Assembly (NCBI GenBank): GCA_014730075.1
Contig: WJIX01000240.1
Span: forward strand, 1 to 33,609
Reading direction: 5' to 3'
Length of the DNA: 33,609 nt
From: a bacterium
GTDB lineage: Bacteria > Krumholzibacteriota > Krumholzibacteriia > Krumholzibacteriales > WJIX01
The notes beneath the pieces are model-generated. The model searched no databases. It was not told the DNA's origin and worked only from the letters and a program-made list of their open reading frames with translations. Shown here in pieces: positions 8,069 through 17,357 of the stretch (within the stretch, counting starts at the first letter, position 1; each line of letters starts with the position of its first letter). The position numbers and the translations under genes are program-made.

Positions 8069-8585
8069 AACAAATTCCCGGTTAAACAAACATTACTTAA
8101 GAGTATATTTTAAGTTATAAAAGTTCATTGTCCAGTTGAAATATTTCAGGGCAGAGCGTCCTCGGCAATTTCCTTCCGGCCTCATTCTTTCCTCCCGGCG
8201 CTGTATTCCCCACCGCAGAAAAATATTCCCCCTTAACTGAGCTCTCACTTCCAGCGGTTGCAGCCGGAACAGAAAAGGCCCAATAATATATTATACAGCA
8301 ATCTGTTAGGTGCGCCAACATCCCGCCGCTCAGGCATCCAGAGTGGCAGTGATCTTGCGTAAACCGATATCTCCCGAAGGGGCATGATACGCATTATCCT
8401 CCGGGATCTCCGGTGATATATTTTCAGCTGCCGGAGATAAAAACACTCTTTGCCAACCGGGGTAAAGAATGATAATAGTTATACCAGCCGCCATGATAAC
8501 TCCGGCAGCCATACCGGATCTATCGGCGCGGGGAACGGAGCTGTAGAAGCAGCCGGTTCAGCAACCTATCGACTGCGGGTGAAAA

Positions 8586-10055
8586 TTGAGTGGATACACA
8601 CTGAGAAAACATGCCTTCATCCTGTTTGTGGGAAAGTTCCTGGCTACCGCCCTGATGTTTGTGGTTCCGCTGGTACTGGTAAGGGTTCTCTCCAAGAATG
8701 AATTCGGGATCTACAAGCAGGCAATGCTCCTGGTAACGTTCTTCACCTCCATGCTCCAGTTCGGGATCACCCAGTCCCTCTATTTCTTCTACTCGCATGG
8801 GGATGACAACAGGAAGCTGATATCCCAGACCTTCTATATCTTCCTTTTCATCGCCGCCCTCTTCTTCCTGCTGTACTGGGCCTTTTCAGGATATATCCCT
8901 TCGCTGATAAAGGGGCTGGATACTCAGGGGGTGATCAGGAACACCGGGATCTACATAGGGCTCTTCTTTCTCACATTCTTCTTCGAGACCCTGCTGATAC
9001 TGGAACGGCAGCCGAAGAAACTGCTGCTGTTTCTGGTACTGGACAACAGCGCCAGGACAGGATTTGCCATAATCTTCGCCTTTATATATAACGATGTCTC
9101 CATGATCCTTTTCGGCCTGATTCTATACGGGCTGATCAAACTCGCCGTGGTAGTGATATATCTGTCGGCCAATTACGGTTTCCCCATGGGTATGAGGGGG
9201 ATCAGCCGGGCGGATGTGATGAAGCAGGTCAGGTATGCCGTCCCCCTGGGAGGTGGCAGGCTGATCGGAGATATAGGAAGGAAAGCGGACAGGTTCATAC
9301 TGACCGCCTTCCTGAGCGCCTCCGGTTACGCGGTATACACGGTTGGCACTCTCAGAATGCCTCTGGATATAGCCTATCTCTCCATCGGGAATACAGCCCT
9401 TCCCAGGATCACCGAGTACTACAGGGAGGGGCGCAAAGACCTGATGGCGCAGCTCTGGCACAAGGTGATCTTTTACTACTGCCTGTTCACCATCCCCATC
9501 GTGATATTCTGCGAGGGGTTCGCCGATGAGATCATCACCTTCCTCTTCACCGACGAATATATCGAGGCTGCGGCGGTATTCAGAGTTTATGTACTGATAT
9601 ATCTCGGTTATATGATGGCCCGCGGATCCATACTGAAGGCAAGCAACAATACCAGGTACGCCTTCAGCGCCAATCTCTACTCCATGATATCGGGAGTTGC
9701 GCTGGGGATAGTGCTGATCAGGTATTTTGGTATTATGGGAGGTGCCGCCTCCGCCGTTCTGGCCTCCTCGGTCAATGTTTTCTATCAGGTCTATAAATCA
9801 AAGAAGATACTCAACCTCTCATTCGGGAAGTGGCTCCCCTGGAAGAGGATGATCATTATCACACTCCTGTCGGCCGCCGCCATGGTTCCAGCCCTGGGGA
9901 TCAGGCTGCTTACAGGAGGGAACATATACAGATTAATGGCTGGATTCGCAATATACTCGCTGGTCCTGATACCGCTGATGAACTGGTTCAGGCTTATCAG
10001 TATCTCCAGTATCACGTCTAAGATCAGAGAGAAGATAGAGGGAGTCAAGAGATGA
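8586..10055 (+). CDS. Wzx-type oligosaccharide flippase / polysaccharide biosynthesis export protein (MOP superfamily)
   Basis: About 12-14 TM helices, N-terminal PLVLVRVLSKNEFGIY, and YAVPL...DRFILTAFL...YAVY. TTG start. Confidence 0.85.
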   Translation: MSGYTLRKHAFILFVGKFLATALMFVVPLVLVRVLSKNEFGIYKQAMLLVTFFTSMLQFGITQSLYFFYSHGDDNRKLISQTFYIFLFIAALFFLLYWAFSGYIPSLIKGLDTQGVIRNTGIYIGLFFLTFFFETLLILERQPKKLLLFLVLDNSARTGFAIIFAFIYNDVSMILFGLILYGLIKLAVVVIYLSANYGFPMGMRGISRADVMKQVRYAVPLGGGRLIGDIGRKADRFILTAFLSASGYAVYTVGTLRMPLDIAYLSIGNTALPRITEYYREGRKDLMAQLWHKVIFYYCLFTIPIVIFCEGFADEIITFLFTDEYIEAAAVFRVYVLIYLGYMMARGSILKASNNTRYAFSANLYSMISGVALGIVLIRYFGIMGGAASAVLASSVNVFYQVYKSKKILNLSFGKWLPWKRMIIITLLSAAAMVPALGIRLLTGGNIYRLMAGFAIYSLVLIPLMNWFRLISISSITSKIREKIEGVKR

Positions 10056-10825
10056 TAATAGTTCTTCTGGGAATGCATAAGTCGGGAACCACTCTGCTGT
10101 CCAGGATGCTTCATGAATCGGGGATCAATATGTGCGAGGACCCCACCCGGATCAGTTCCTATGATGCCGGAAACAAATATGAGAGGCTTGAATTCCTGAT
10201 TTACAATACCGCCATGCTGGATATCAGGATATCCACGTTCAGCTCCGACATCGTGGAGACCGCGAACGACCTCTCCATCTCCAGGCACCCCCGGACCCTG
10301 GCCGGGCTGCTGGAAACCAGGATAGAGGAACTGAGCTCCGAGCACCCTGCCTGGGGGTTCAAGGACCCCCGCACCTGCATGACCTACCGCGCCTGGAGGG
10401 AACACCTGCCCCCCCACCGGGTCCTGGTCTCCTTCAGAAATCCATATGAAGTGGCGGCACATCTGACCAGGTCGGTGAGGAATATAAGGATGCTTAAGAG
10501 AATCGGAAGGACCGCCGGCGGGCTTAACTCCTGGTACCTGCACAACCGGAATATCCTGGAGTACTACCGGGAGAACGGCTCTGATTTCTTCTTCATAGAC
10601 TACAACAGATTCATGAGCGAGGAGGGCGACGGATATATTGACAGGATCTCCGAATTCTGCCAGATCGAAATCAGTGACCTGAGAGACAGGGACCTCTACC
10701 GTAACCGGATGGAAACCCTTACCCTGGCTCAGAAGATTGACCGGGGTGTCGGTTCGGTCTTTATCCGTGGAAAGGTGGAGCGGGTATACCGCCAGCTCAG
10801 AGAAATAGAAAGGGCTCAGTTCTGA
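10052..10825 (+). CDS. Sulfotransferase family protein
   Basis: 5'-PAPS-binding loop VLLGMHKSGTTLLSRML, plus WGFKDPRT and FRNPYEVA. ATGA overlap with wzx implies translational coupling. Confidence 0.85.
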   Translation: MIIVLLGMHKSGTTLLSRMLHESGINMCEDPTRISSYDAGNKYERLEFLIYNTAMLDIRISTFSSDIVETANDLSISRHPRTLAGLLETRIEELSSEHPAWGFKDPRTCMTYRAWREHLPPHRVLVSFRNPYEVAAHLTRSVRNIRMLKRIGRTAGGLNSWYLHNRNILEYYRENGSDFFFIDYNRFMSEEGDGYIDRISEFCQIEISDLRDRDLYRNRMETLTLAQKIDRGVGSVFIRGKVERVYRQLREIERAQF

Positions 10826-10953
10826 TCCCCTCTCCCGCAGCAAACGAATCACTGCTTGCCTGAAGATGCGAATAGATATAGAATCCCCCCTTATACAGAT
10901 GAATACAGCCTTCCCTTAAGATATTGCGGGGATTATCCCGGAGAGGAGAAGTC

Positions 10954-12531
10954 ATGAACAGATTCAGAAAGATCATATTAATCATACCGCTGGTAATGAT
11001 AATATCACCGATTCTTGCCGGAACAGGGTTCGCCTGCACTACATTCATCGCCGGGAAGGGAGTTACCGCGGACGGCTCCATCCTCTTTGCCAAGACGGAG
11101 GATGACTCCGGCATTTACAATGATTACCTCTGGTACATTCCCCCGGGAGAGCATGAAGAGGGGGATACCATAAAGCTGGTGGGCGGAGGCAGCATACCCC
11201 AGGTGGAGAAGACCTACGGCTACTTCTGGGACCAGCCTCCCGGCACCGAGTACTCCAACGCGGTTGTCAACGAATGGGGTCTGGCGCTCGGAAGCGATGC
11301 CTGCCCATCCCGGGAGGATTCCATAGAAGAGGTCCGGCGGCGCGGGGATATCACGGAAGGGGGGATAGGGTGGCGGCTGAGGATTATCCTGGCCGAGAGG
11401 TGCAAAACCGCCAGGGAGGCGGTAGAGCTTGCCGCCCGGCTCCTGGACAGGTACGGTTACCGGGGATCAGGACGCACCCTTAATATTGTGGGCAGGGAGG
11501 AAGCCTGGATGCTTCAGATGGTCAGGGGCAGGCAGTACGTGGCCCGCCGGGTCAGGGATGACGAAGTTATCCCCCTGGCCAACACCTATACCATCCGCCA
11601 GGTAGATATGGACGACCGCGACAATTACCTCTGCTCGCCCCGCCTGATCAGCTACGCCGAAGAACGTGGCTGGTATGACCCCGGCTCTGACGGAGAGTTC
11701 GACTTTGCCAGGGCTTATGCTTCGAGCAATACCCGCACCGACCCCAGAAATACCCGCAGGCAGTGGATAATCGCGAAGATGGTCGATCCCGGATTCCCTC
11801 TCACCGTGGAGGAGGCGGACGCCGGAAAGATGCCGGTATCGGTCAAACCGGCCCGTGAGATCACTCTGGGCGACGCCATGGAGATAATGAGGTCGCATTA
11901 CGAGGCGACCTCACTGGATGATTCCGGGGGATACCAGAGCTCACCCCATCGCAACAGCAGCCGCCCGATCTGCACCTACAGGAGCCACCGGACTACCGTA
12001 ATCCAGCAGAGGGAAGATATGCCCCGTGAGATCGGTACGGTGATCTGGAGGGCACTCTATCAGCCCTGTACCAGCTGTTTCGTGCCCTGGTACCTCTGCG
12101 CCACCGATATACCGAAACCGTTCCAGGCTGTGCGCCCCCCCGCCCCGGAGCAGGACCTCCATGATTATCATTTCAATATGCCCTCTTCGGTAAATGAATT
12201 CGATATCAGCTCGGCCTCCTGCCTCTTCGGCCTGATGGCCAACCTGGTGGATACCGATTACGGCAACCTGATAGATTATGTACGGGGCCGGTGGGAAGAG
12301 TTCGAGAAATTCCAGTTCGATATGCAGGGCCCGGTGGAGAAGACAGCTCTGAAACTGTACCGGGAAGACCGTGATGCGGCTCTTCGTTACCTCAGCGACT
12401 ATTCACGCTCCCGCGCTCTCAGGTCCCTGGAGGTGGCCGAATCGATGGTAGAGGTTCTTAAAACCCGGCTCTGGAAGGCAGAGCATGGGAAGAAGTTCGA
12501 ACCGGCCCGGGAGGGCCGGCAGGGACTTTAG
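10954..12531 (+). CDS. Exported C69 family dipeptidase (Ntn-hydrolase, secernin/PepD-like)
   Basis: Signal peptide followed by CTTFIAGKGVTADGS (N-terminal nucleophile Cys), VNEWGL, AERCKTAREAV, FDFARAY and MRSHYE. GGAGAGGAG RBS before ATG 10954. Confidence 0.9.
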   Translation: MNRFRKIILIIPLVMIISPILAGTGFACTTFIAGKGVTADGSILFAKTEDDSGIYNDYLWYIPPGEHEEGDTIKLVGGGSIPQVEKTYGYFWDQPPGTEYSNAVVNEWGLALGSDACPSREDSIEEVRRRGDITEGGIGWRLRIILAERCKTAREAVELAARLLDRYGYRGSGRTLNIVGREEAWMLQMVRGRQYVARRVRDDEVIPLANTYTIRQVDMDDRDNYLCSPRLISYAEERGWYDPGSDGEFDFARAYASSNTRTDPRNTRRQWIIAKMVDPGFPLTVEEADAGKMPVSVKPAREITLGDAMEIMRSHYEATSLDDSGGYQSSPHRNSSRPICTYRSHRTTVIQQREDMPREIGTVIWRALYQPCTSCFVPWYLCATDIPKPFQAVRPPAPEQDLHDYHFNMPSSVNEFDISSASCLFGLMANLVDTDYGNLIDYVRGRWEEFEKFQFDMQGPVEKTALKLYREDRDAALRYLSDYSRSRALRSLEVAESMVEVLKTRLWKAEHGKKFEPAREGRQGL

Positions 12532-12541
12532 AAAGATCTCT

Positions 12542-15500
12542 CTACTCCAGGCAGGAGAACCATCCGCCCTCATGAATGATTATTTCATCCGGGCGCGAGA
12601 CCGGACCGGTAATCCGGTATTGGTATTCGGCGTCGATCCTCATCCGGCAGGTTGCTACCCCGCCGGGGATTCCCAGCTTCAGGAAAGGGCCTGAGTAGCG
12701 GGCAAAGTAATATGGTGATGGGACTTCCTCAGGTATCTTTATACTTCCTGCGTATCCCCCGGTGGGCAGAAAGAGAAACAGCTTCCGGTCAAAGAAATTA
12801 TTACGGCAGATTATCACCCCCCTGTCAGAAAGGGCGCTGAGCCTGAACGGCACCTTCATGCCATCATTTACCGCCGCTTCCAGCCCCGACGCGGGCACAA
12901 AGCCCGCCCTGCCCCCCTGGTTGATCATCAGACCCCTGTCCGGGTCCCACGCCGTTATAACGGTTCTCCGGTCCATTCCGCATACTGCGATAAGTGCGGG
13001 ATTGATGCCGGTTTCCATCCTCTCCGTGAATATTTTCCGCTCCGGGTGATAGATTATAATCAGGCCTCTGTCCCCGTCAGATATATACAGCAGATCTCCA
13101 TCCGAAGCGATATCGGAAGGTGTTAATCCATAGCTGCCCAGGTCCAGGATACGGCCGGGACCTTCCTCCGACGAGATCTCGAGGACTTCCCGGTTGTTAT
13201 TATCAAAAGCGAATACCCTTTCCCCGCAAACGGCGAATTCACTTATATTCCTGAGCGGATTGCCGGGAGAGGGCCTTGCTATCCTCTCGGCTCCGTCCAG
13301 GAAATAGCGGACCCCCGCCGGCCCGATCTTTACCTGCCGGTCACCGTAGAGAAATACAGGGTTTCCCCCTGCCACCTCCTCCATGGAGCATTCTCCGGCG
13401 TAATCAAGATATGCCGGATTCATTCTAACCTCTATCGTTTCACCGGACACCCGGAATACTCTCTCTGCTACCGAGGGTAGAAAACCTCTTCCGGAAAAGA
13501 CGAAGATATATCGCTTGCCGCTCCGCAGGCCCATGAGCTTCCGCACCGGCCCCTGGTATATCACCGTATTCAGATCGCTCATTACGGTGAGGTTGATATC
13601 TGACAGCGCCGCTCCGGCTACCTCAATATTGACCCTGACATCATCGCGCAGGTAGGCGAACTCCGCCGGCCCGCGCAGTCTATCCCTGTTCTGCATCTTA
13701 ACTGACCATGGATGAAGAAGGGTGGGCGGCTGCACACAGGCGCTCCAGAGCTCAAGTGAGCGCTCCAGCTGATCGAGGATCAGCCCGCGGGTAAAATTGC
13801 CTTCACTCTCGCCGGCTCTCAGCATATCGTACCTTACGCAGAGAGGGCCTATCTCCGGGCCGGAACATTCCGCCCCTGCAGCTTTCTTTTCCCAACCGGC
13901 TTCTCTGAGAAGCGGGAGCATCCAATTCATTCCATCTGCTGCCTCTGTCAGGCAGGCGCTCCGGGCCAGAAGATTGTGGTCTGCACCCTCCCTGGCCTGG
14001 TAACCGATTATATAAGCGGCCCTGGGATCTACCGAACTGATCCGGCTCAATTCCTCCCTGGACCGGTCCAGGAACCTTCCCCTTACCTGTCTTTCCATTA
14101 CCGCCCGGTAATACCTGGCCTCATTCCGGTAACGGGCGGGCCAGTGATCTATCCGGTCACCGGCCAGTATCTCTTCCAGCACCCTGTCCAGGGCATCGCG
14201 GTTGTCCGGAGAGCCGTTTCCGTCGGTGTCTCCCAGGGGGGCCGAGTTGATCAGGGAGAATGCCCGGAGGAGGGATAGCTCGGCTTCGGCCTCATCACCC
14301 GGTGCCGGCATCCTGTCCCCGGCAACCCTGAAAAGCATATATGCCGCGGTGTATAGAATTCTTCTCTTTCTCTCCTGTGAACTGCTGAGCCTGGGAATGC
14401 AGTTGGCCATGGTCATGGCTGCGGATCCTGCCTTTCTGCATTCTTCACTGCTGCAGGCCGCACTGTAACGTGATAGCAGAAATTCAAGATTCGATTCGGA
14501 GGGGAATCTCTTCCCCGACCGGCTGCCTTTATCCGCCAGCGGCATCATCCGGGAGAGAAGCTCCAGCCACCTGTACTCCGGCCTATCCGGAATCGCCCTT
14601 CCCGGCTGCTCCGCTGACAGAATATCACAGTAGGCCCTTCGGAGGTGCCGGCGGTGTGACAGAACCGAATCGATTCCGCCGCCGTTGACACTCCGGGGAC
14701 TGCTTCTGAAGAGACCGGCGGGCAGATTCTCCAGCAGGCGGCTGCCGGAGAAGAATTTATTCTTGTCCTTCTGAAGATAGCCGTTCATCGCGGACAGGTC
14801 GCTCCAGAGTCTCGCCTCCCCGGTCAGCCCTCCCGCTCCGCCGGCAGGAAGATTGGCTATCAGGGCCCTGCTGGCTATGATAATATCACTGCGGCCCCCC
14901 TCCAGCCGGTCGATATCAAGCCCGCCGAAGAGATTGAATCTTCCGGCCAGCTGTTCCTGATTAAGGCGGGCGAGCTCCCCCCTGTTTTTGTCGATCCACT
15001 GATTTACCCTTCCCGCCGCCCTCTGAAGGAGCGAAAGATCCGCCAGGTACCTGGCCTGCCCTGCTGCCGGAGTACCCTCCAGCTTTGCGGCCACCTGCTC
15101 AGCATACTCCCTTATCTTCGCAAATTCAGAATCCAGCTGTTCCATAGTCATTCTCTCCAGGGCGGGTATCCCCGCCGGGAGCTGACCGGAACCGGGCTGA
15201 TCCTCACTTTTCATAAAGTGGTAAGCTCTGGCTAAACGGGCTTTCAGCCACCTGCTATAGAGGTGGTAGAAATGAGCGGCCTTCCCCACAGCTTCCCGTA
15301 ATTTCAGACCTGCGAATATCTCTTCCGCTTCGGAGGCCGCGCGGTATCCCTCCCCGCTCGGCATGAGCGAATCAAGTGCCTCCTTAGCCCTGGCCAGGAC
15401 CGCGTAACCGCGCAGGAACCGGCGCTGGTACTCCAACCCACGGCTGTCAGGCCGGTCCAGGATCTCAAGCGCCCGATCCAGCCCGGCAGCTTCTCCCCCG

Positions 15501-15964
15501 CTGTGGTATGAGCGTATTCCGCACCAGGCCACCATATACGCGGCAAAATCCTTCTTGGCCGGATCCAATCCAGATTCCCCGCTAAGGCTGACTTCCCGGA
15601 ACAGCTTGGCTGCGACGGCAAAATCGGCAGCCTCGCCTGTGGCTATTCCCCTGATATAATAGAGATATGCCTGGATATATTTCAGGGTCCAGACCTGGTA
15701 TTCGGAGAGGCGCCCCGCTGACGAAAGAACACTGTCCAGCTCTGATATCCGTACCTCCATATCCGCTTCCGGAACCCTGGACGGGTCCTCCACGAAGGAG
15801 CCGACCATCCTGACCGATCTCTCCATAACCCCGGAGATATCCTCCTGGCATAAAGCGGAAGTGCCCGTAAGCAGGGAACCCGCCAGAATGATGCTCATAA
15901 CCGCCATCCGGAAAAACCGTGTGGCATTGCCGGCAGAGTTGGTATTCAGTTCCCTCAATATCAT
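12542..15964 (-). CDS. Large exported hypothetical protein: alpha-helical (TPR-like) region, PEGA/Ig-like domain, C-terminal NHL-like beta-propeller
   Basis: Signal-like N-terminus. Helical repeats with AxY/F motifs (YIQAYLYY, AAYMVAW, EARYYRA). A beta domain near 13415-13650. Propeller blades such as PSDIASDGDLLYISD and VFAFDNNNREVLEI. Last gene of the operon. Confidence 0.6.
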   Translation of the reverse strand: MILRELNTNSAGNATRFFRMAVMSIILAGSLLTGTSALCQEDISGVMERSVRMVGSFVEDPSRVPEADMEVRISELDSVLSSAGRLSEYQVWTLKYIQAYLYYIRGIATGEAADFAVAAKLFREVSLSGESGLDPAKKDFAAYMVAWCGIRSYHSGGEAAGLDRALEILDRPDSRGLEYQRRFLRGYAVLARAKEALDSLMPSGEGYRAASEAEEIFAGLKLREAVGKAAHFYHLYSRWLKARLARAYHFMKSEDQPGSGQLPAGIPALERMTMEQLDSEFAKIREYAEQVAAKLEGTPAAGQARYLADLSLLQRAAGRVNQWIDKNRGELARLNQEQLAGRFNLFGGLDIDRLEGGRSDIIIASRALIANLPAGGAGGLTGEARLWSDLSAMNGYLQKDKNKFFSGSRLLENLPAGLFRSSPRSVNGGGIDSVLSHRRHLRRAYCDILSAEQPGRAIPDRPEYRWLELLSRMMPLADKGSRSGKRFPSESNLEFLLSRYSAACSSEECRKAGSAAMTMANCIPRLSSSQERKRRILYTAAYMLFRVAGDRMPAPGDEAEAELSLLRAFSLINSAPLGDTDGNGSPDNRDALDRVLEEILAGDRIDHWPARYRNEARYYRAVMERQVRGRFLDRSREELSRISSVDPRAAYIIGYQAREGADHNLLARSACLTEAADGMNWMLPLLREAGWEKKAAGAECSGPEIGPLCVRYDMLRAGESEGNFTRGLILDQLERSLELWSACVQPPTLLHPWSVKMQNRDRLRGPAEFAYLRDDVRVNIEVAGAALSDINLTVMSDLNTVIYQGPVRKLMGLRSGKRYIFVFSGRGFLPSVAERVFRVSGETIEVRMNPAYLDYAGECSMEEVAGGNPVFLYGDRQVKIGPAGVRYFLDGAERIARPSPGNPLRNISEFAVCGERVFAFDNNNREVLEISSEEGPGRILDLGSYGLTPSDIASDGDLLYISDGDRGLIIIYHPERKIFTERMETGINPALIAVCGMDRRTVITAWDPDRGLMINQGGRAGFVPASGLEAAVNDGMKVPFRLSALSDRGVIICRNNFFDRKLFLFLPTGGYAGSIKIPEEVPSPYYFARYSGPFLKLGIPGGVATCRMRIDAEYQYRITGPVSRPDEIIIHEGGWFSCLE

Positions 15965-15977
15965 CAGCTCCTCTCTC

Positions 15978-16691
15978 CTATAGATTGATAAAATCGTCGG
16001 AGACGAAATCCTTGAATCTCTTATTGTATTTCCTGTATATCCTGTCGGTCCCCTCGGTGAAATTTACCGTGGGAGGCCGCCAGGGGTTGCGGTAGATCAC
16101 CGGTATCAGGTTGACGGCATGCCTCCCCACTCCGGTGGGCCCATAGAATACGCTTCCCGAGCTGCTTCTGATCCCCTCTATTTCCGTTACATTTATGGCG
16201 GTCCTTCTCGATTCCGGGTAGAAAACCACCTCGAATCTGAAACTCTCTATGGGGCATACGTAATAATCTTCCAGCGTGTTTATCCACTGCTCGACCGCTT
16301 TCTTAAGTCCGGGCGGAGCCTTTTCAGGGAGTTCGAAATAAATCTCCAGCTCCCGGTAATCCCTGTTCACCACCTCAACGGAGAGGCATATGGAGGACCC
16401 TATTCCTGAAAACTCCCTGAGCTCGGTGACCGGCATTTTCTCGTAATCCCGTACATGGGGATGGACCACTACCGGACCTCCCAGCAGGTTGATTCCGGCG
16501 GTCCCGAATTCCTCCCGGTCATAGATGGAGCTGTATTTGAAGACTGGCCGGGTATTTATCTCGGCAGGCAAAAACGAGAAGATCAGAACGGCCGCCAGGA
16601 CCGCTCCCGCGATTGCGGGGACGAACCTTACCAGCTGCCTGACAGATCTCTCCAGGTATATCGCTCCCTTTTCCTTCATGAAATCAGCCAT
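15978..16691 (-). CDS. Single-pass membrane protein with periplasmic domain; possible divergent TonB-like energy transducer
   Basis: One N-terminal TM (FVPAIAGAVLAAVLIFSFL). It lies directly after exbD, overlapping it by 8 nt. Weak TonB_C-like segment (CLSVEVV...PPGLKKAVEQW...FEVVF). The function is inferred from position. Confidence 0.45.
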   Translation of the reverse strand: MADFMKEKGAIYLERSVRQLVRFVPAIAGAVLAAVLIFSFLPAEINTRPVFKYSSIYDREEFGTAGINLLGGPVVVHPHVRDYEKMPVTELREFSGIGSSICLSVEVVNRDYRELEIYFELPEKAPPGLKKAVEQWINTLEDYYVCPIESFRFEVVFYPESRRTAINVTEIEGIRSSSGSVFYGPTGVGRHAVNLIPVIYRNPWRPPTVNFTEGTDRIYRKYNKRFKDFVSDDFINL

Positions 16692-17325
16692 CTTTTCTGA
16701 TCACCCTGCCTTCCAGGTCCAGGTTTACCATGCTCAGGCGGTGGAGGAGCTGGTCGATCGAATCCATGGTAATCACCTCATGCCTGGAGACCCCTTCCTT
16801 TCTGCAGACCCTGATCACCCGGTGCACGGAAGAGAACCTTTCGCCACCACCGCATAGAATTACCGCCCTGTCCGGGTTGTTCCTTCTCAGGGACTCGGCC
16901 AGGTGTTCGGGGTTCTGGTACAGGCCGCTCTCCACCAGAAAGTAATCCAGCCTCATCCTGATATCATCTATCTTTGACTGGATACTTCCTCCCCCTTTCA
17001 GTATCCGCTCGATCTCTCCCGAAAGCCCTTCAAAATCAAGGTCGGGGCTGTGTGAATTGGCGGCCCCGCTCATCTGGAGATAGCAGGTCCTGGAGAGACC
17101 GCCGCTTCCAACCGGGAGAACCGCTATAAGAGCCTTTCCCCCCGCCTTATGCCGGCTGTCCATCATTTCGATACCATAGGTACCCTCCAGGTCTTCGCTG
17201 CCGCCCAGGGCCGCTGAAATATTAAGGGTAACCAGGAAGAATATCAGAAGAAGAAAAATCACGTCGATAAGTGGCACCAGCTCGATTCTTCTTCTTGATT
17301 CACCTGTCTCGAGGTTACTGCCCAT
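16684..17325 (-). CDS. exbD: ExbD/TolR family biopolymer transporter subunit (copy 2)
   Basis: IELVPLIDVIFLLLIFFLV with the essential TM Asp. C-terminal AVILCG...FSSVHRVIRVCRKEGV ExbD-like fold. Confidence 0.82.
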   Translation of the reverse strand: MGSNLETGESRRRIELVPLIDVIFLLLIFFLVTLNISAALGGSEDLEGTYGIEMMDSRHKAGGKALIAVLPVGSGGLSRTCYLQMSGAANSHSPDLDFEGLSGEIERILKGGGSIQSKIDDIRMRLDYFLVESGLYQNPEHLAESLRRNNPDRAVILCGGGERFSSVHRVIRVCRKEGVSRHEVITMDSIDQLLHRLSMVNLDLEGRVIRKDG

Positions 17326-17357
17326 TTATATCCTGTCCTCCATATATTTACTTATCC

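Noticed and set aside
8330-8512. 60-aa ORF with a hydrophobic N-terminus (MAAGVIMAAGITIIIL) in the divergent intergenic region
   Set aside because: There is no convincing RBS or family resemblance. It cannot be supported without conservation data, though it is not excluded.
9791-10852. 353-aa minus-strand ORF
   Set aside because: It is antisense to the well-supported sulfotransferase and wzx genes and has no motifs; a shadow ORF.
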